Shown: positions 12,157 through 25,180 of the stretch, one piece after another
How the letters are laid out: every line of letters starts with the position of its first letter
How positions within the stretch are numbered: the first letter of the stretch is position 1
NCBI RefSeq assembly: GCF_001194135.2
Contig: NC_068981.1
Coordinates: 19,677,167 to 19,739,015 of the forward strand
Direction: 5' to 3'
Origin: Octopus bimaculoides
Lineage: Eukaryota
DNA: 61,849 nucleotides
Notes under the pieces: generated by a model
What the model was told of the DNA's origin: nothing
The model's input: only the letters and a program-made list of their open reading frames with translations
Databases searched by the model: none
Program-made: the position numbers and the translations under genes

Positions 12157-12564
12157 CTTAAACACCATTCCTTGTTATTGTTGTTTTGGTCTGCTATACT
12201 TGTCGTTTTTCATCACTCGTGACTAATCACCAAACACACACATACGACCACCAAATAACCATTATCACGATAATAACTAGTTATAATGAATATTGTCGTT
12301 GTTGTCATCGTCATCATCATAAATACAGTTAGTATGGTAGATCGAGTAAGATCAGAAGAATATACAGCAAGAATCACGTTCAGTTAAAGATTTCTCTTCC
12401 ACAAACGTGACATTGTTGTTTGGAAATTCATGTCTTACATTTCCAAACAACAGCTATATTTTGTATTGTCGCCATTATACTACTACAAACTCTCTTTCTC
12501 TCTCTCTCTCTCTCTTTCTTTCTCTTCCAGTCTAAGGATCTGTGTCTCTTTACTCTTTCTCCAG

Positions 12565-12607
<43 letters not shown>

Positions 12608-12717
12608 CATACATACATACATACATACATACATGCATACATACATATATGTATATATATAAAATTATATAATATCACTTTATATTCATGCATTGTATTA
12701 TATATGTGCTTGTTTAT

Positions 12718-12756
<39 letters not shown>

Positions 12757-13809
12757 CTTATCTCTCTATTCCTCTATCAGTACACCGACAAGTAGCGAAA
12801 AACATTTTTGACAAATCAGTTGATTTATGCAGAAAAAAAGAAAGAAAGAAAGAACAACAAAATAATTACGGAGTGAGTTTCTTTTGGGGAGAAGGACCTT
12901 CTCAAGATACAGCAATATCTGTTACAACAGATAATTGTTTCACACCAAGACTCTTGGGAAGTAAGTAACAAAAAGAAATATGTATAAAGGAATATACATA
13001 TGTATACATACATACTTACATACACACAAAGACAGAAATACACAGACACAATCAGACACACTCAGACACACTCATAGACGCACACACATACAGACGCACA
13101 CACACAAACACATACATGCATGGTAAATAGATATTTTACCACTTGATCTACTGTTTACGTTTGCAGGTATCCACAGCTTAAATACTATATTAAGCTGTTA
13201 TTTTAAACTGAAAAACAACAAATTTATTTATAAACACAATAGGTTCACACCTATATAAAGTAGTGAGTGGAAAAATTCTATTAATTGAGATTTATCCACG
13301 TAATTCCTAAAAAATATAAAACTGCCTACTACAACTGTCTCTCAAAAAAGGGAGATAACTCCAAAAAGATCAGCTGATCAAAATTTTGAGGATAATTCAG
13401 ATGACACAGATGGGAAGTTATCTGGCTGGTCTTTAAGCAATCTGTAGCAGCAATTCACATGTTTCTGTCGTATTAGACCTGCTCAATTATTTTTTATCTA
13501 AAAGCAAAACAAAAAGACATACTTTGCATTTCAGGTCACTCGAATTTCTGTGTAATGCACTACAAATATGAAATATCCCCACTGTGGAGCTAAGAACACT
13601 ATAGTTCAAATGAAGACTCAATACATATGTTGGGCTTGAGTGGATGCGTATATTAGTAGGAAAGAGGCACTACGAAGAGTTCATCCGTTCCACAAATTAA
13701 AGTTGCATTGTCATTTATGCGTTACGCTTCAAATTATCAAGAAGCGTGCAATATGAATGAACGAATTTCTTCGTTATCTACACACTGCTATGCAATTATA
13801 CATATATAT

Positions 13810-14000
13810 ATGTGACCGTTGACTGAACACTATTCAATTTTTTTTCTCCGTGTTTTTCTCCTTGTCTCCGTATTCTTTCTGTTGAAGAGCGTAGCTCGAA
13901 ACGTCAAAGACTTTCCGTATTCCCGAGCGTCATACTAATATATACTTTTGTTATTTACACCACCTGTCCTCGTCTGTTGTTATTATTTGTATATTCTCCC
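13810..14000 (+). mobile_element. Interspersed repeat family E (Penelope-pLTR-like) with a hammerhead-like motif at 13874-13910
   Basis: Flanked by (TA)n on both sides; related copies at 14755-14960 and 45422-45519. Confidence 0.6.
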
Positions 14001-14631
14001 ATATATATGTGTATGTATATATATACACACACACAACAGACATAAATACCTTCCCATTCCACACACACTAGCACCGAACACTTCTCAGCACCCACGTCAC
14101 ACACCATCATCCACACATTCACACACCTACACACAATCTTCAATAGCGTCACCACACATACCACTATACGAACAGCGCCACATACTGTTTAACTCAGTAC
14201 ACACCTCACACCCCATCATGCACACTCCCACACACCCACAAGCACAATATACCTGAACGTAGACAATATATATACACACACACAACAGGCAAACACACGC
14301 AACGCGCATAGAAAACTTTCGCCCACAAACATACACTATACACATGCATACAATTTTGGTCACAGACACACACAAGCACAAACACACACACATACACATA
14401 CATACGTGCGCACATCATTTGAACAAGCGCACATCGACTGCTACACACAACACAGACGCACACGTTAGTCTCACACATATAAACACGTCTATAAGCACAC
14501 ACTCACACACACTCGCCCACACATACGTATTCACACACTCGATCCCATTCACACATTCACGCTCACATACACATTCTTACATACACACACGCATTTGTGC
14601 ACCTTAGTTCGTTGGGGGTCACCGTTACCGT

Positions 14632-14645
14632 TATTATTATTATTA

Positions 14646-14711
<66 letters not shown>
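14632..14711. repeat. (ATT)n microsatellite
   Basis: Direct reading. Confidence 0.95.
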
Positions 14712-14712
<1 letters not shown>

Positions 14713-14754
14713 CTCCCTTTCATTCAGCCTCTTTTATCCAGTCATTTCATCATG

Positions 14755-14960
14755 TTGGACCGTTGAACTCTGCACACTTTTTTCTCTCCGTTTTTTACAT
14801 TCTCTTTCCTTTTCTTTTTTTACACTCTTAATCCTTTCTGTCAAATAGTGTAGGCTCGAAACGTAAAAGACTTTTTCATTCTTCCCGAGCATTAAACTAA
14901 TACACCTGTTTGTTGTTCCGACACTTGTCTTCGTCTTTTGTTTTCTGTAAATTTGAACTA
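14755..14960 (+). mobile_element. Family E repeat, diverged copy
   Basis: CCTTTCTGTCAAATAGTGTAGGCTCGAAACGTAAAAGAC...CCCGAGC..ACTAATA aligns to the 13810-14000 copy. Confidence 0.6.
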
Positions 14961-14972
14961 TACAAATTCTTG

Positions 14973-15008
<36 letters not shown>

Positions 15009-15855
15009 TACATTTAAAGAGTGAGAGAAATAGACGGACAGACACTTAGACCTATAGACAGACCTGGGTTCCCATCCCATCTTTTTTTTTTTAAGTTTTA
15101 AAACTAATAGTAGTCGGTAATTTCTGGAGATAATGCATTTGTGTGACTTATATAAGTATTTGATTTATTTCGTTTGTTTTAATTATCATGGCTAAGGGCA
15201 TTCCGGAGCAATGCATATAAACAGAAACATTATCAATAAAAAACAGATAATAATGTGGCGTTTATATTTCCGATAAAAAAAACTACTGTCGTTGCATCAG
15301 GACTAATAAGCCTGCACATCAGATTATTTAGAGTATTTGTGGGTTCGAATCACACTTATTGCTATCTCATTTTCATTTCATGAAATCATAATCATCTGAT
15401 GTTTACATATACATTCAATGTCTAAGTATATATTTGTGTTGACAAGTGAAGCTTGAAAATTAATTAATTGTTTAATATATTGCAGGAAATTACAACTTCA
15501 ACTTAGCTATAAAATATACAAAAACAGAAAGGGGAAAGCAACCAATCATGAAATCAGGCAACAGTTTCGCTTAGTTTCTCTTCTCTACAATTATCTTATT
15601 GCTTATTTGTAACGACATTCAGGTCAGAGCAACAATACAAGATGTGATCATACCCTAGTTGTATCACTATAGAATATTCTAACATTCTTTGTCTTTCGTT
15701 TTTTATTTCCCGCTACTCACTCTCACTTCCCTCTCATGACAGTCGTCTGCCCCCCCCTGGAGTTTACTGTACTTTGTATACGTACAAACATAAATACAGA
15801 CGCGTGTGACTGAATTTATGTGTCCGATGTGTGTGTGTACGTATGTGTGGGTATA

Positions 15856-16192
15856 GCGCAGTGGTGGCTGTGTGGTAAGTTTGCTTCTCAACTACATGAT
15901 CCTGGGTTCAGTCTCACTGCGTGGCAACTAGGGCAAGTGTCTTCTACTATAGCCTCGAACCGCCGCAAGCCTTGTTTTTGTGTCTGTGTTTGTCTCCCAC
16001 CATCACTTGCTTGACAACCGGTGTTGGTGTATTTACAGCCCCGCAACTTAACGGTTCGGTAAAAGAGAATAAGTACCAGACTTTAAAAATAGCCATGCAG
16101 TCAATTTGTTGGACTAAAGCCCTTCAAGATGTTCTCCCAGGGTGGCCGCAGTCACATGACTAGAAGCAGTGAAAGATCAACGATAAAGATAA
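15856..16192 (+). mobile_element. tRNA-derived CORE-like SINE, family C
   Basis: GTGGCTGTGTGGTAAG head, CTGGGTTCAGTC B-box-like motif, GGGCAAGTGTCTTCTACTATAGCC core, GGCCGCAGTC 3' end. Confidence 0.8.
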
Positions 16193-17669
16193 GGCACGTG
16201 TGTGAATATATACACACTCACCCACACACACATATATATGCATACATACATAAATACATACACACACACACACACATATCATAATAGAGAAAGCTGCTTA
16301 TTAATAAGGAATGTAGCAGTTACTAAAAGAAAGCAATTATTAAAGGCTTGACCGTCTGGAAATTTTTTATAAATTCATGTCTCAAGAAATTTCTTGTAAT
16401 TTCGGTTTCTGAAGTTTATTGAATATTTGAACTACAAGATTTTTACAAATTTAAATATTCGTTGCACTCACTGTGCAGTAGATTTGAATGTTTAATAAAC
16501 AATATTAATTCGTTGCAGGCGAAATTAAGATGTGATCTTGTTGGTATGGCTGTTTGGAACGCTACAAGTCTTACAATAATATCTATGTGATCGCTGCTAT
16601 TTCTAGCACGCTAAACATAGTTGGGTTATCTTAAAGTTTGTTTAATTAGAGATATATTACAACTACGATAAATTACTGAAAGAAATATTTATTAAGCAAG
16701 TGAAATTTTTTATAAATTGAAGTCTTCAAGAAAATTTACTTTCTGAAATTCCTTTTAATTGTTGAATATTTCAAGTACACAAATTTAAATACATACATAC
16801 ATAGATACATACATTTATTTATTTTTATGTTTGCATTATGCATGTGTGTGCGAGCGAACAATTAGTTGTGAAGAAAAGGAGGTCCCCAATACTGAGAGTA
16901 GACATATTTTACACGTAATTAATGGTGCAAGGGGAATATTGTACAACAGAGTATGTATAAAATACAGAATATGTATAAAATATCATAAGAAAAGTTGAGA
17001 GTACGCCGCAAAGACTACGACCACCTCTGAAATCCACGATCCCTCACCAACATTGTCAGAGAAGATACATACGCAATGAATCTTTACAATGGCGGCAGTG
17101 AAGAAGATCCTAAGCGACCCAAGTTGCCTGAGTGACCCAAGTTGCCTAGTTACAGGAAGCTACAGAAAATCCAATCTGTTGGAAACTCGCCTTAAAGCTG
17201 ACTTCTGAAGCTTATTTTTTCTTTCAAATGACCCCACCCCGCCCAAATTTTTATCTTCTGGACCAACCCACAAAGTTGTAGAGTAGTCGATCCCATCATG
17301 CTTAAGGAGCTCTGTTTACCCTTCTATAGTCACTATGTTCTGACAAGAACTAACGGCCATCAGTCTCGATGTGTTCTCACAGTCGGTGATCGTTCACCAT
17401 CTTGAGTATTTCTGAGTACCCCTGCACTATTTCCTAGATAATCAATGACTATACTGGGTTCAGCCATCCTTTTCGCCGGCCTTACTTTTACCTGGTGGCT
17501 TAACCGCCGACGAGCCTTCATTACAGATGGTATTGCATTACATGTTACTCAAAACGATTTGACACCACAAAAATACTTATGTACGTGCATGCATATAAGC
17601 TATAAGCACAAACATAAATATATTTACATATGCCAACATACAATACACATACGCACAAACACACACACA

Positions 17670-18316
17670 CAAAACTATTGCTTTTGGGCAGATGAACAAG
17701 CCAAATGACTTTGTCCAATATTTGAAATAGTACTCTATAATGGTTAATGTGAAGATGGTTATGACAAAATCTATGATTTATAGACCTGTTTTCCTTTACT
17801 GAAGCTACAGTTATTAGAACCAATGTATCTTGACATGTTGCATCAAATCATCCAGCTTCTGTTAGCTGCATATACGGTAATTAACTGTATCGTGTTTCAA
17901 CAAGATGGCGTCTGTTGCCATTACGCCACAACTGTTCAGAATTACTTGCATAAACTTAATGGATTGAAGGTTGGATAATATGAGACACTGGCCAACTAGA
18001 TCACCAGATCTAACAGTCTTGGATCTGAGACTTTACCAAATGGCAAGTCTACTAAATAAAGATTACAAAATCGGATCACCTATAAGAAGCTTTACGAAAT
18101 ACAGCAGTTAACATAACATCGTAACAGCTCCAAAATGTGTTTCGAAATGCTGCTTAATTATTTCAGCTACACAGAGAATCACTGACGGCTGTCATGTGGA
18201 ACTCTGCCTCTGAAACATCAAACAATGTTACTAATCTTTCATTGTATATTACTGAAATATTTTTATCACTTTAATGTGTTTCATTAAAATAGAGGGGGGA
18301 TTTAATGGATACCCTG
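17670..18316 (+). mobile_element. Tc1/mariner-superfamily transposase relic
   Basis: NYCFWADEQ, YLDMLHQ, VFQQDG..HYA, WPTRSPDLTVLD; GGATACCCTG at 18307-18316 is a CAGGGTRTCC-type TIR in reverse. Confidence 0.7.
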
Positions 18317-18546
18317 AATTTTACTACACACATTACACACACACAGACACACGCGCATACACACGCACGCACACGCACACACACATTAAATGGAGGAATA
18401 AAGGGATAGGTGCTGAAATCTTTGTAATCTGCAGTCGAGAGTTGATGAAGGGAGTGTCACGAAGTGCACGGTATATGTAAATGTCACATACATATAAGTA
18501 TAGTGTATGTGTGTGTGTATGTATATATGTATGCATATGACATACA

Positions 18547-18596
<50 letters not shown>

Positions 18597-19108
18597 NNNN
18601 NNNNNNNNNNNNNNNNNNNNNNNNNNNNNNNNNNNNNNNNNNNNNNNNNNNNNNNNNNNNNNNNNNNNNNNNNNNNNNNNNNNNNNNNNNNNNNNNNNNN
18701 NNNNNNNNNNNNNNNNNNNNNNNNNNNNNNNNNNNNNNNNNNNNNNNNNNNNNNNNNNNNNNNNNNNNNNNNNNNNNNNNNNNNNNNNNNNNNNNNNNNN
18801 NNNNNNNNNNNNNNNNNNNNNNNNNNNNNNNNNNNNNNNNNNNNNNNNNNNNNNNNNNNNNNNNNNNNNNNNNNNNNNNNNNNNNNNNNNNNNNNNNNNN
18901 NNNNNNNNNNNNNNNNNNNNNNNNNNNNNNNNNNNNNNNNNNNNNNNNNNNNNNNNNNNNNNATATATATATATATATATAAGAATTTTATATATTTAAA
19001 ATATATATTGCCTTCGTAATATATATTTTAAACAAATGCATAAATACATACATGCATACGTACTGATTCCGTAGTTCACTTAATATCTGTTCTGTAATAC
19101 AATCGATC

Positions 19109-19150
<42 letters not shown>

Positions 19151-19266
19151 ATATAGATAGATACATACATACATACATACATACATACATACATACATAC
19201 ATGTATACAGAGAGTGAGTGAGAATTATAGTAAAAGAAAAATATACTTGAAAATGGGAATAGACAT

Positions 19267-19298
<32 letters not shown>

Positions 19299-19916
19299 AA
19301 AAGAGAGAGATTATACGGAGTGATAGAAAACAATGGAAGTGTTGTGGAGTGAAAGGGTAAGTGGAAGAATGTGCAAGGCAGTGGATACAGTGAGAAAGAA
19401 GGAGAGGAAGAATGAGGGGAGAGACAGAGAGGCAGAGAGAGGGACAGTCAGGCAGACAGTCAGGCAGACAGGTAGGCAGACAGGTAGGCGGACGGATAGG
19501 CGGACGGACGGACAGATAGATAGATAGATAGATAAACAGACTGGGTTGAGAGAGGCGGTGGGAGAAAACGTGAAGGGTCAGGAAGTTGCGTGTCATTTGA
19601 TAATGATGTCTGCAAAAGATGTATAAATTAGGAAATAAAGGGATTAAAAGTAAGACAAAAGAATATAATTGGGTTCAAACCGACGTTCCACCCTTCCCCA
19701 CACGTGCCAACTTACTCTCAACTACTCTTCCTTAACAACATTCTTTATACAATAGGGGACATTTGAGTTGGTTCTACTACAATGGCAGGTAAACGGGTAC
19801 TGCATCTCGTACATATCATTACCTCTCACCACTTCAGTGTTTGTGACTGTGCCTTTCTGTGTTTTTATTAACTTATGTCAATACGTGTATGATCTTGTAT
19901 GTATGTATGCAAGCAT

Positions 19917-20296
19917 GGAGGCGCAATGGCCCAGTGGTTAGGGCAGCGGACTCGCGGTCATAGGATCACGGTTTCGATTCCCGGACCGGGCGTTGTGAGT
20001 GTTTATTGAGCGAAAACACCTAAAGCTCCACGAGGCTCCGGCAGGGGATGCTGGCGAACCCTGCCGTACTCTTTCACCACAGCTTTCTCTCACGCTTACT
20101 TCCTGTTTCTGTTGTGCCTGTAATTCAAAGGGTCAGCCTTGTCACACTGTGTCACGCTGAATACCCCTGAGAACTACGTTAAGGGTACACGTGTCTGTGG
20201 AGTGCTCAGCCACTTGCACGTTAATTTCACGAGCAGGCTGTTCTGTTGATCGGATCAACTGGAACCCTCGACCGTCGTAAGCGACGGAGTGCCAAC
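19917..20296 (+). mobile_element. tRNA-derived SINE, family A, full length with TSD
   Basis: 12-bp TSD GTATGCAAGCAT at 19905-19916 and 20297-20308. Confidence 0.93.
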
Positions 20297-20738
20297 GTAT
20301 GCAAGCATGCATGGATGCACTGATGTATGTATTTATGCAGGCAGGCAGCTGTATGTATACTTATTATTTCTACCACTGTATTTTGTTTTTAATATTTAGC
20401 TTGCATGATTGATCTTAAGAGCACTTTCCGAATTTGCTTCTGAATTTCTATGTATTCTATTTTATCAATTTCGTCTAATACTATTTGTGAAGTTGTTTCT
20501 GGGGTGATTTTTTTGTTTTCAGTGTCTATGTCTAATTTAATATTCAAAGTTTGAATTAATTTGCCTCTTCTTACAGTAGCATTCTCTTAGTTATTTAATC
20601 CCGTACTTCATATTTTTTATTCCGTGTTGAATTTATGAACGATAATTTGTTTTTCAGCTCACTATTACCATTTTCAAATAATTTCAAATTATTCATATCG
20701 AGGAGATAGATGGTTCGTAATATACTTACCTATGTCAA

Positions 20739-21625
20739 GACGACGAGCTGACAGAAACGTTAGCACGCTGGGCGAAATGCTTAGTGGTATTTCGTCTATC
20801 GCTACGTTCTGAGTTCAAATTCCGCCGAGGTCAACTTTGCCTTTCACCATTTCAGGTTCGATAAATTAAGTACTAGTTGTGTACTGGGGTCGATCTAATC
20901 GACTGGTTCCTTCCCCCCAAAATAGAAAAGAATATTCTAGCAAAGTAAGGCGGCGAGCTGGCAGAAACGTTAGCACGCCGGGCGAAATGCTTAGCGGCAT
21001 TTCGTTTGCCGCTACGTTTTGAGTTCAAATTCCGCCGAGGTCGACTTTGCTTTTCATCCTTTCGGGGGTCGATTAAATAAGTACCAGTTACGCATTGGGG
21101 TCGATATAATCGACTTAATCCGTTTGTCCGTCCTTGTTTGTCCCCTCTGTGTGTAGCTCCTTGTGGGCAGTAAAGAAATAAGAAACGTTAGCACGCCGGG
21201 TGAAATGCTTAGCGGTATTTCGTCTGTCTTTACGTTCCGAGTTCAAATTTTCGCCGCTGTCGATTTTGCCTTTTATCCTATCGGGCACTTTGCCTTTTAT
21301 CCAGTTGCGTACTGGGGGGGGGGGGACATGTAATCGACTGCCCCCACCTCCCCAAAAATTTCAGGCCTTAAGCCTAGAGTAGAAGAAAATGTATTTACCT
21401 CCGCCAAGGCGGCAAAATTGCAAGAATCGTTAGCTCATCAGTAAAAAAACTTAGCGGCATTTCGTCCACCTTTACGTTCTGAGTTCAAAATCCCGTCCAG
21501 GGCCGACTTTGCCTTTCATCCTTTCAGGCTCGATAAAATAAGGACCAGTTGATCAGTGGGGTCGACATAATCGACTTACTCACTTCCCCGAAATTGCTAG
21601 CCTTCTAACAAAATTTGAAACTAAT
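20739..21625 (+). mobile_element. Tandem cluster of SINE family B (monomer + dimer + monomer)
   Basis: Four head-to-tail arms of AGAAACGTTAGCACGCCGGGCGAAATGCTTAGCGG...GAGTTCAAATTCCGCCGAGGTCGACTTTGCCTTTCATCCTTTCGGGGTCGATAAA. Confidence 0.9.
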
Positions 21626-21649
21626 ACATGTACCGAATGGTGGTTTCAT

Positions 21650-22620
21650 TCAACAGGTTTAAAATGTATTGATAGTAAGATATCGGCAAAAAAAGTAGAA
21701 AGAATCATGAGTCCTCTTTTGAAGACTACTCTTCTTATGGTTATCAGGCTTCTCTTAAATATCTCCCTATTGCCTTGTTCTGATATTGTTGTTCCCACTT
21801 TGTCATATAATATGCTTGATGTATTTATTCTGTGATTATTAGAGCTGCATTATTTATGTAGAATGTCTCCAATATCCAAGAATGGGGAATGCTATCAAAC
21901 GCAATCGAATGTCTTTCTGTAGTCAATCCAGCCGATAAGTTTCAGAGATATGTAGTGATGTACATACATAGTTATATACAAACGAGATGCAGAGCAAACG
22001 CATGATACATTATTTTATTTGTTTGATTTTTTTTAATACATAATTTACACAAATAACCAAATGTTAGCGTTTGTTGTCGTCATTTTACTCTCTTCTGTTA
22101 TTGGTCGTTTCACAAAGTAGCTGCTCTTGACAGATATATATTCTCCGCCGATACCTGTTCTGTTTTTTTATAACACATCGCTCTCCTTGTGTGTAACAAG
22201 CCTTTTGTATAGTGTCAATATAAGAGCTTTATATATTGTTGGCAAGCATTTTACCGGGCCATAATTTTGCGAGTCTCCGGTATTTGTATTTTGAGGAATT
22301 AATATAGTTTCCTTCTCCATCAGTCAATCAGGTGTTCTGGTCTGCTTATCACTTGATTAAATGCAGCTGCCATATACCCATGATTACTGATCAGGTGTTC
22401 AGCCAGAAACAGAGTGAAGCTTCTCAATCCCAGATACTTTTCAATTGCTTGCAGTTCTTAATCTATTCGTGAGTTCCTTGCCGGTTATGGTGGATGGCAT
22501 TTGCGACGTTCTTATGCTATTTTCCTCTTCCTCTCTGCTCCGTTGTGCATTTTTATGATGTATTGATTGTCTTTATTCCACAGCCTCCTCAGCATCTTTG
22601 AATAATCCTTTGGCGTTGGT
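21650..22620 (-). mobile_element. R4/Dong-like non-LTR RT relic
   Basis: Minus: TILIPQNTNTGDSQNYGPVKCLPTIYK, WIDYRKTF..FDSIPHSWILET, LITIRRVVFKRG; many frameshifts. Confidence 0.8.
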
Positions 22621-22710
22621 TGCATTTTAGTGTTGCAGCGTTTCTTTTTGTTAACGTCCCTGTTGATTCTTTTGGTATGATTGAAATATTTTATTCTCCT
22701 AAAAGTAGCG

Positions 22711-22800
22711 TTGTTGTTGTTGTTGTTGTTGTTGTTACTGCTGCTGCTGTTTTTGTTGCTGCTGCTGCTGTTTTTGTTGTTGTTGTTGTTTCTGTTGTTT
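22711..22800. repeat. (GTT)/(GCT) compound trinucleotide repeat
   Basis: Direct reading. Confidence 0.9.
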
Positions 22801-23426
22801 TGTTTTGGTGTGAACGGATATGTTATTCAGACCGCTCCGAAAAATTGAATTATTACCAAGTTTTTCTGGATGAAATTGTTTCTTTATTGGATTATTTTCC
22901 ATCAGAGAACTTCGAGACGTGTGGCATTCTTCACAATACCTTGGGTACACAAAAGTTCTGTCTTTTCACCATTCGAAATTATTTTTCTTCTATTCCATAT
23001 AATTTTTTCCATTAAAGACGTAGTAAAGGGTACTAACAGGAAAAAAAAAACAACACAGGATCCATTAAAGAAAACACTGAAATAATTTTCGAATGCACGG
23101 TAACGATTATTAAAAAAGAAAAGATGAAATAAGCAGAATTCAAAAGTAGAAAAACAGTTTTAAAAAAAAAGCTTATACACGAACAAACATACAGTCACAA
23201 CTTGACATCTGAAAAGGGAAATTTACGCAACATAAGCTAAAGTGCGGGCAGCAATAACGCATACTTGCAAGCTACTTTACTAGCATTAGAAAGGGAAGGA
23301 AAGTTTTAAATGTGCGTCGGATCCAGTAACGGAAAGAAATGTGACCATGGTACGTCACAAAAGACTATGCCGCTATGCTTCTGCATCGTGAAGTTCACGT
23401 GGAGATTCAATATTTTATTAAAGTAA

Positions 23427-23854
23427 GGCGGCGAGCTGGCAGAAACGTTAGCACGCCGGGCGAAATGCTTAGCGGTATTTCGTCTGCCGCTACGTTTTGA
23501 GTTCAAATTTCGCCGAGGTCGACTTTGCCTTTCATCCTTTCGGGCTCGATAAATTAAGTACCAGTTACGCACTGGGGTCGATATAATTGACTTAATCTGT
23601 TTGTCTGTCCTTGTTTGTCCCCTCCGTGTGTAGCCCCTTGTGGGCAGTAAAGATATAAGAAACGTTAGCACGCCGGGCAAAATGCTTAGCAGTATTTCGT
23701 CTGTCTTTACGTTCTGAGTTCAAATTCCGCCGAGGTCGACTTTGCCTTTCATCCTTTCGGGGTCAATAAATTAAGTACCAGTTGTGTACTGAGGTCGATC
23801 TAATTGACTGGCCCCTCCCCCAAAATTTCGGGCCTTGTGCCTAGAGTAGAAAAG
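23427..23854 (+). mobile_element. SINE family B dimer, well preserved
   Basis: Two related arms (second starts near 23659), same architecture as 20949-21392 and 32450-32880. Confidence 0.92.
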
Positions 23855-24149
23855 AATATTCTATCAAAGTCGAAAGAAGCTTTAGACGAGGCTAGTCAAG
23901 GCATGTTTCCTTTGATAAGAACAAAGAATAAGGAATTATGTGCTCGGCCTTCAGGTGAGGACTAGATAAGAAAGCATGCCGAATTGGTGCTCGTAGGGAG
24001 GTGCCACAATGCATGGGACGACGTAAAATGAAATTCACATTAAGGGATGCTGATGATACCGTTAAACCTTCCTGAAGTAAAGCATGGAACAGGGAAGAGT
24101 GACAGGAGAGTCGATGTTTTAAAGAAGAAGGACTGATATAGCATTTGTA

Positions 24150-24960
24150 TGGTTATTTTCTATCATTCTCAATGTAGTTATTATTATGGCGATTATATAT
24201 GTTGTCGGCCCACACATTTAAGTTGTTTTTATCACCAGATCTTGATAATTCTTCCAGTTCTTTCAGTGATGCACTATGTATTGAGACATACTTCGATAAG
24301 AAGTATTTCCTGAATGTCTTTGACAACAATATCCAATGGAGATGCTTTGAGCTTCTCGATTGTGTGTATTGGCAAATCCTAGCATTTGGTCACTTTTTCA
24401 TTCTCTGAGACCCCTTTTGGTGAATGCCTAGCTACCGCTTTTTCTGCTGGCCTTTCGTAATGCTGAAATAATTGTAATACAAGTTTCAAATCTGTCATGC
24501 CTCTAATTGTATTCCACTTTGCCTCAGACTGGGTGGTCCGAGGTAACGTGGTTGACTGTTTCTTCTCAACCTCCAAATAATCTGCAGTTGCTATATTTTG
24601 TTTTATTACATGTTTTTGATGCTTTCTGGTAAAAGGGAGAGAAGGCTTTGATATTGTACCACGATCAAAAACCCTTCATTCTCAGCTTTGAGTCCTGCAC
24701 TTCCCAGTAGTGTTACGAATTTTCCTTCTCTTCTTCACTCTGTTCTTTTCTTTTAGTTATTGACCATGGTAGGGAATTTTCTTGTCATTAATTTATCATG
24801 GGAATCTGCAGCCACATTTTTAGCTTATATTTTAGTCTTTCCACAATTTCCGTTGATGCTTCTCGTTTTTCTTCATATCTGTCATTTCAACCACTATTTT
24901 CTATTTCTCGGTTTCGTTAAAGACACATTTTTTGTGTTTTAATTTGTTTTGTTCGTGTTT
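24150..24960 (-). mobile_element. R4/Dong-like LINE relic (zinc knuckle to RLE region)
   Basis: Minus: HSPKGVSENEKVTKC*DLPIHTIEKLKASPLDIVVKD..LLIEV resembles 'ILWDxPIHTDxxIKANRPDIVVKD'. Confidence 0.65.
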
Positions 24961-25022
24961 CGTAGATATTACTATTGGATTACCATTGTTCTGTAGTAGG
25001 TATTTTTGTAATCATGCAACAG

Positions 25023-25081
25023 CCTAAAAAATATATTATTGTTATTATGATTATTATTATTATTATCATTATCATCATCAC

Positions 25082-25156
<75 letters not shown>

Positions 25157-25180
25157 CATTATTATTATTATTATTATTAG
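25023..25180. repeat. (ATT)n microsatellite
   Basis: Direct reading. Confidence 0.95.

Noticed and set aside
17117-17148. 14-bp direct repeat GACCCAAGTTGCCT twice, 4 nt apart
   Set aside because: Ordinary slippage duplication with no further structure.
20739-21625. CRISPR-like repeat array
   Set aside because: Units are about 200-bp SINE arms, not short repeats with unique spacers; eukaryotic context and no cas genes.
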